A stretch of 63,613 bases of DNA, the filler included, from Candidatus Woesearchaeota archaeon (GTDB lineage: Archaea > Nanobdellota > Nanobdellia > Woesearchaeales > CAZJJJ01): the NCBI GenBank assembly GCA_046538795.1. It is 5 parts of 5 records of this genome, joined end to end, with 100 filler letters (N's around TTAATTAATTAA, not from the genome) between each part and the next. Parts side by side here need not be neighbours in the genome. Positions count along the whole stretch, not along the records: positions 53,284 to 63,613 come from JBKHIF010000050.1; 4 more parts are not named here. One strand, 5' to 3'. Each line of letters opens with the position of its first letter. Position 1 is the stretch's first letter. A model generated the notes under the pieces. That model saw nothing but the letters and a program-made list of their open reading frames with translations, did no database searches and was not told the origin of the DNA. Both the position numbers and the translations under genes were made by a program. Shown piece after piece: positions 60,295 through 63,613 of the stretch.

Positions 60295-61038
60295 ATGAGA
60301 TTAACTTTAGCTGAGCCAAAATATCTAAAAGAAAGCTTATCTGTTGTCGCTGAACTTGTAACTGAAGCAAGGATCAAAGTAACCAAAAATTCTCTTGAGA
60401 TAATAGCCATGGATCCTGCAAATGTTGCTATGGTCATATTTAGGCTACTATCAAGCGCATTCACTGAATATTCTATCGATGAAGATGTCGAGATTGGACT
60501 AAATCTTGCAAATCTTAAGCAGATGCTTAGAAGAGTGGGACCAAATGACATGCTTACTCTTGAAATGATGGACAACAAGCTTGACATAAAGATCCAAGGC
60601 CAGTCATCAAGAACATTTTCTGTACCTATACTTGAGATGGAAGAGGGTTCACAAAAGGTTCCTGAGCTTAATTTTCCTATAAAAGTCACCATGAATTCAG
60701 GAATGTTTAATGATGCTATCGAGGATGCTGATATTGTTGCTGAGTCTGTAGCTTTTGCTCTTGATGAGGATAAGTTTGTTGTTTCTGCAGAAGGAGATCT
60801 AAGCAAGGCTAAAATTGAGATCAAGCAGGATGATGATACAACCATTGCAAAGGATGACGTAACAAGCGCAAAAGCAAAATATTCTATTGAATATCTTAAA
60901 AAGATGGTTTCCGGAGGAAAGCTTTCTGATAAGGTAAACATAAATTTCAAGACAGATTACCCATTAAAGCTTGAATATAAGGTTGTTGATAAGATGCTTC
61001 TTGCATTTATCTTAGCTCCGAGAGTTGAGAATGACTAA
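60295..61038 (+). CDS. pcn: DNA polymerase sliding clamp PCNA
   Basis: AMDPANVAM, YSIEYL.KM, DYPL, ILAPRVE; start moved to ATG 60295. Confidence 0.96.
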   Translation: MRLTLAEPKYLKESLSVVAELVTEARIKVTKNSLEIIAMDPANVAMVIFRLLSSAFTEYSIDEDVEIGLNLANLKQMLRRVGPNDMLTLEMMDNKLDIKIQGQSSRTFSVPILEMEEGSQKVPELNFPIKVTMNSGMFNDAIEDADIVAESVAFALDEDKFVVSAEGDLSKAKIEIKQDDDTTIAKDDVTSAKAKYSIEYLKKMVSGGKLSDKVNINFKTDYPLKLEYKVVDKMLLAFILAPRVEND

Positions 61039-61052
61039 ATTTATTTTTTTGA

Positions 61053-61853
61053 TCACTTCTTTTTCTTTATTATGCCGATAACAAAGTTATACAAAGCATA
61101 GTTTGAAAGACCAAAAGGCAAATAACCCAAATATCCAAGTATTGGCATTTCAAATATCTTGAAAAAACCTACAAAAGGAACTGTATAAAACCATTTTGCT
61201 GGTGCCCAGAAATTCCAAAATTCCCAAAAAAAACCGCATATGAGAGTCCCAATCATAAGCGTCCAGAGAAGTGTTCCACTGCCTTTTTTCATACTACCTA
61301 AAATAGAAGGTTGTCTTGTAAGATAATTTATAGGATCAAGAAGCAAAAACATGCTTACCCATACAAGTGCAAAAGTATATTTAGGAATTACAAACGGAAG
61401 TATTAAACAAGTAATGCCAAGCATTACAATTATCAGAAGTTTTCTATCTGTAAGTTTTATTTTTGTTTTTATCTTTTTGAAAAAATCAAATGAAGACAAC
61501 AAATCACTTGTTTCAAGTATCGCAGGAAGCACAGTTGAAAAAGCAATACTAAACATCAGCCACTCAGGTTTTCCAATACCAGCATAATTCCAATTATCTA
61601 TAAAAAAGTTCAGAACTTCATAAAACCACCAGAGAAAAGCAGATATGGGAAAAAGCAAAAAAAATGATTTTGGATTATCTGTTAATCTTGAATGTTTTGT
61701 TCTTAATTTTACAAGCGAATCAACAAACAAAATAAATCCTAACCAGAGAAACGAGAAAAAAGTATAAGTCGTTATCGGTTCAACCGGAAAAAAAATAAGA
61801 AACTCGCCTAAGGCAATAAAAATTAATCCAAGTACACCATACCATGCAAGCAT
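61053..61853 (-). CDS. Conserved hypothetical membrane protein
   Basis: About 8 TM; NWNY, GFFWEFWN, FEMPILGYLGYLPFG. Confidence 0.75.
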   Translation of the reverse strand: MLAWYGVLGLIFIALGEFLIFFPVEPITTYTFFSFLWLGFILFVDSLVKLRTKHSRLTDNPKSFFLLFPISAFLWWFYEVLNFFIDNWNYAGIGKPEWLMFSIAFSTVLPAILETSDLLSSFDFFKKIKTKIKLTDRKLLIIVMLGITCLILPFVIPKYTFALVWVSMFLLLDPINYLTRQPSILGSMKKGSGTLLWTLMIGTLICGFFWEFWNFWAPAKWFYTVPFVGFFKIFEMPILGYLGYLPFGLSNYALYNFVIGIIKKKK

Positions 61854-61913
61854 ATTTTAATTTTGACAAATATGATTTAAATAATTTTCTAAAAATCAAA
61901 TTGATATTTTTAT

Positions 61914-62627
61914 TTATTTTGTTAATAAATCTTTAATTGCTGTTCTATCTTTACTTACTGCATAATCAAAATTTTTATCGAATTTTCTTTCGTCAAAAGA
62001 ATTCATGCATTGTATTCCAATACAATCTTCATCATAAAACCTGATTCGATCTATCATTTCAGCATCTTCACAACTATCTCCTTCAACCAGATAATTATGG
62101 ATTCCGGGATTTATCGTGATCATATTTTGTACAAATTGCGCCTTATTATAGATTTCAGGATAATTAGCATCCATCTCAAGAAAATTCATATATTTACATG
62201 TTATTTCTAAAATATTTCGAGAGACAATACACTTATGACAAGATAGAACTGATAAATATTCTTTAAGACTTGGATAAACTGTTTCAGCAATAAATTCATC
62301 TGTAAAAAGTTCATCAATTTCAGATTTAGATTTGTCTGAAAATAGAAACTTATCTGCATATTTCTGCCATTTTTCAGATTCAGCCTGTTTTCCTGAATAG
62401 AAAAGTGAAATTGCAGTTTCCACACACCAAAAAATATAATCTGGTGAAAAATGATTTGTTCCAATAGCTTTTTTTGATATTATTTTTGCAGGAGATTTTG
62501 CTAAATTATCATCAAGATCAAAAAATCCAATTCTTGCAGCAGACAACCTTGAAACAAGAGTTTCTATTGAAGAATCTTCGTCTTTTGCTGCTACAAAACT
62601 ATGGTTATTTTCTGCAAGCAATTTCAT
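61914..62627 (-). CDS. HAD-like hydrolase
   Basis: FFDLDDNL, VSRN, K, GDS.ED motifs I-IV. Confidence 0.65.
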   Translation of the reverse strand: MKLLAENNHSFVAAKDEDSSIETLVSRLSAARIGFFDLDDNLAKSPAKIISKKAIGTNHFSPDYIFWCVETAISLFYSGKQAESEKWQKYADKFLFSDKSKSEIDELFTDEFIAETVYPSLKEYLSVLSCHKCIVSRNILEITCKYMNFLEMDANYPEIYNKAQFVQNMITINPGIHNYLVEGDSCEDAEMIDRIRFYDEDCIGIQCMNSFDERKFDKNFDYAVSKDRTAIKDLLTK

Positions 62628-62629
62628 TT

Positions 62630-63559
62630 TTACAAAGATAAAAACTCAAGTGTTTTTGCAGGAGTATTATAATTGAGGAAATTGTTGTAATTGCCAGAAG
62701 ATATTGTATTGAAGAGCGCTTCAAGCTGATCTTCTGTTCTTAAGAGTTCTTCTTCATAACTGTTTCTTTGCAAAGAGACTCCACTTATTGCATACATAAA
62801 ATCCTTGTGAGCATCTCCTGATGCAATTATAGGTATCCTGAATTTTTCAGCAATCTTTCTTGATCTTATAATATCAAAAGACATAGGTGGTATCTCAGTC
62901 CCATTTTCTTCTATCCAGTCGGCACCAAGCTCGATTGTTTTTTCAATATTATCTGGATCAGAGTAACCTATTCCACTCCAAAAATGCGCATGATTTATAC
63001 CGACTTTTGCACCATTATCTTTTGCCATTTTTATTGCATCAAAAAGATCATATCCTTGTTCAGGAATTTTTCCTGAATATCCATGAATATTAATTTCCCC
63101 CCTGTCTGTCATAAGTTCAACAGACCGCATCATGATAAGAGGATTTTCATCTTGAGATGAATAGATTGTCATGTATCTTTTTTCAGGATCTTTTATTATC
63201 TCAAATTGTCTTTCTGATTTGTTATTGTTATCAAGGCAGTATTTTCCATACCATATACTATCGAATCCTTTTGTGGAATCATGATCTGTAAGTGACCAGA
63301 ATGAATATCCATTATCAAAAAGGATGTTGAGTGCATCACAAAGGCTTATTGTCGCTGAGGGATCGTCATGTGAAAATCTTGTGTGAGAATGTGTTTCCCA
63401 TTTAAGTCCGCCTTCAGGAATATATATCTTTCCTGAGCAGTTTCTCAAAAAGCGAAGGTTTTCTTTTGCTATCATTAAAGGATGCTTTATTGATTCTGCA
63501 AGATAATTTTTCATCACATAAGGAACTTTCTCATTTTTCAATAGCTCTATTAGTTTCAT
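62630..63559 (-). CDS. PHP-domain phosphoesterase
   Basis: HSHT.FS.D, TDHD, NH, SGDAH. Confidence 0.85.
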   Translation of the reverse strand: MKLIELLKNEKVPYVMKNYLAESIKHPLMIAKENLRFLRNCSGKIYIPEGGLKWETHSHTRFSHDDPSATISLCDALNILFDNGYSFWSLTDHDSTKGFDSIWYGKYCLDNNNKSERQFEIIKDPEKRYMTIYSSQDENPLIMMRSVELMTDRGEINIHGYSGKIPEQGYDLFDAIKMAKDNGAKVGINHAHFWSGIGYSDPDNIEKTIELGADWIEENGTEIPPMSFDIIRSRKIAEKFRIPIIASGDAHKDFMYAISGVSLQRNSYEEELLRTEDQLEALFNTISSGNYNNFLNYNTPAKTLEFLSL

Positions 63560-63613
63560 AACGACGAGAAAATCATATTTATTTAATAAAGCTTGGGTAA
63601 AAAAACCCTATTT

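Noticed and set aside
60273..60950. 225-aa antisense ORF and similar shadow ORFs opposite real genes
   Set aside because: Antisense shadows of well-supported CDSs (here PCNA) with no motifs

Overview
AT-rich archaeal draft-genome window. It most likely comes from a DPANN archaeon (Woesearchaeota-like), inferred from a divergent 16S and the gene content. It is five contigs (1-13854, 13955-27361, 27462-40420, 40521-53183, 53284-63613) joined by artificial N/TTAATTAATTAA linkers, so adjacency across gaps is not biological. Core archaeal genes include argS, cysS, aIF2-gamma, eS6, aCPSF1, proteasome beta, PCNA, RNase J, aMBF1 and ZPR1. RNA genes are an intron-containing tRNA-Ser(GCT), tRNA-Cys(GCA) and a partial 16S. 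There are two tandem archaellins and several bacterial-type genes (nrdR, zwf, pgl, thyX, radC). Features missed by the ORF track: a 32-aa ribosomal protein eL41/eS32 gene upstream of the 16S, a DUF2080-like small gene and a GNAT pseudogene. The most unusual signals are non-coding. (i) A 3-unit array behind tRNA-Cys is built from sense and antisense copies of the tRNA T-arm, with interchangeable double-hairpin modules inserted at the T-loop. (ii) A dispersed structured repeat (3 copies on 3 contigs) has an optional module of the same architecture. (iii) A ~680-nt segment bounded by a promoter and a terminator has a long-range stem and no long same-strand ORF. A HAD-YvcK-GNAT triple fusion next to a GlmU-like gene and a trxA-trxB-pgl-zwf cluster are the most notable coding arrangements.
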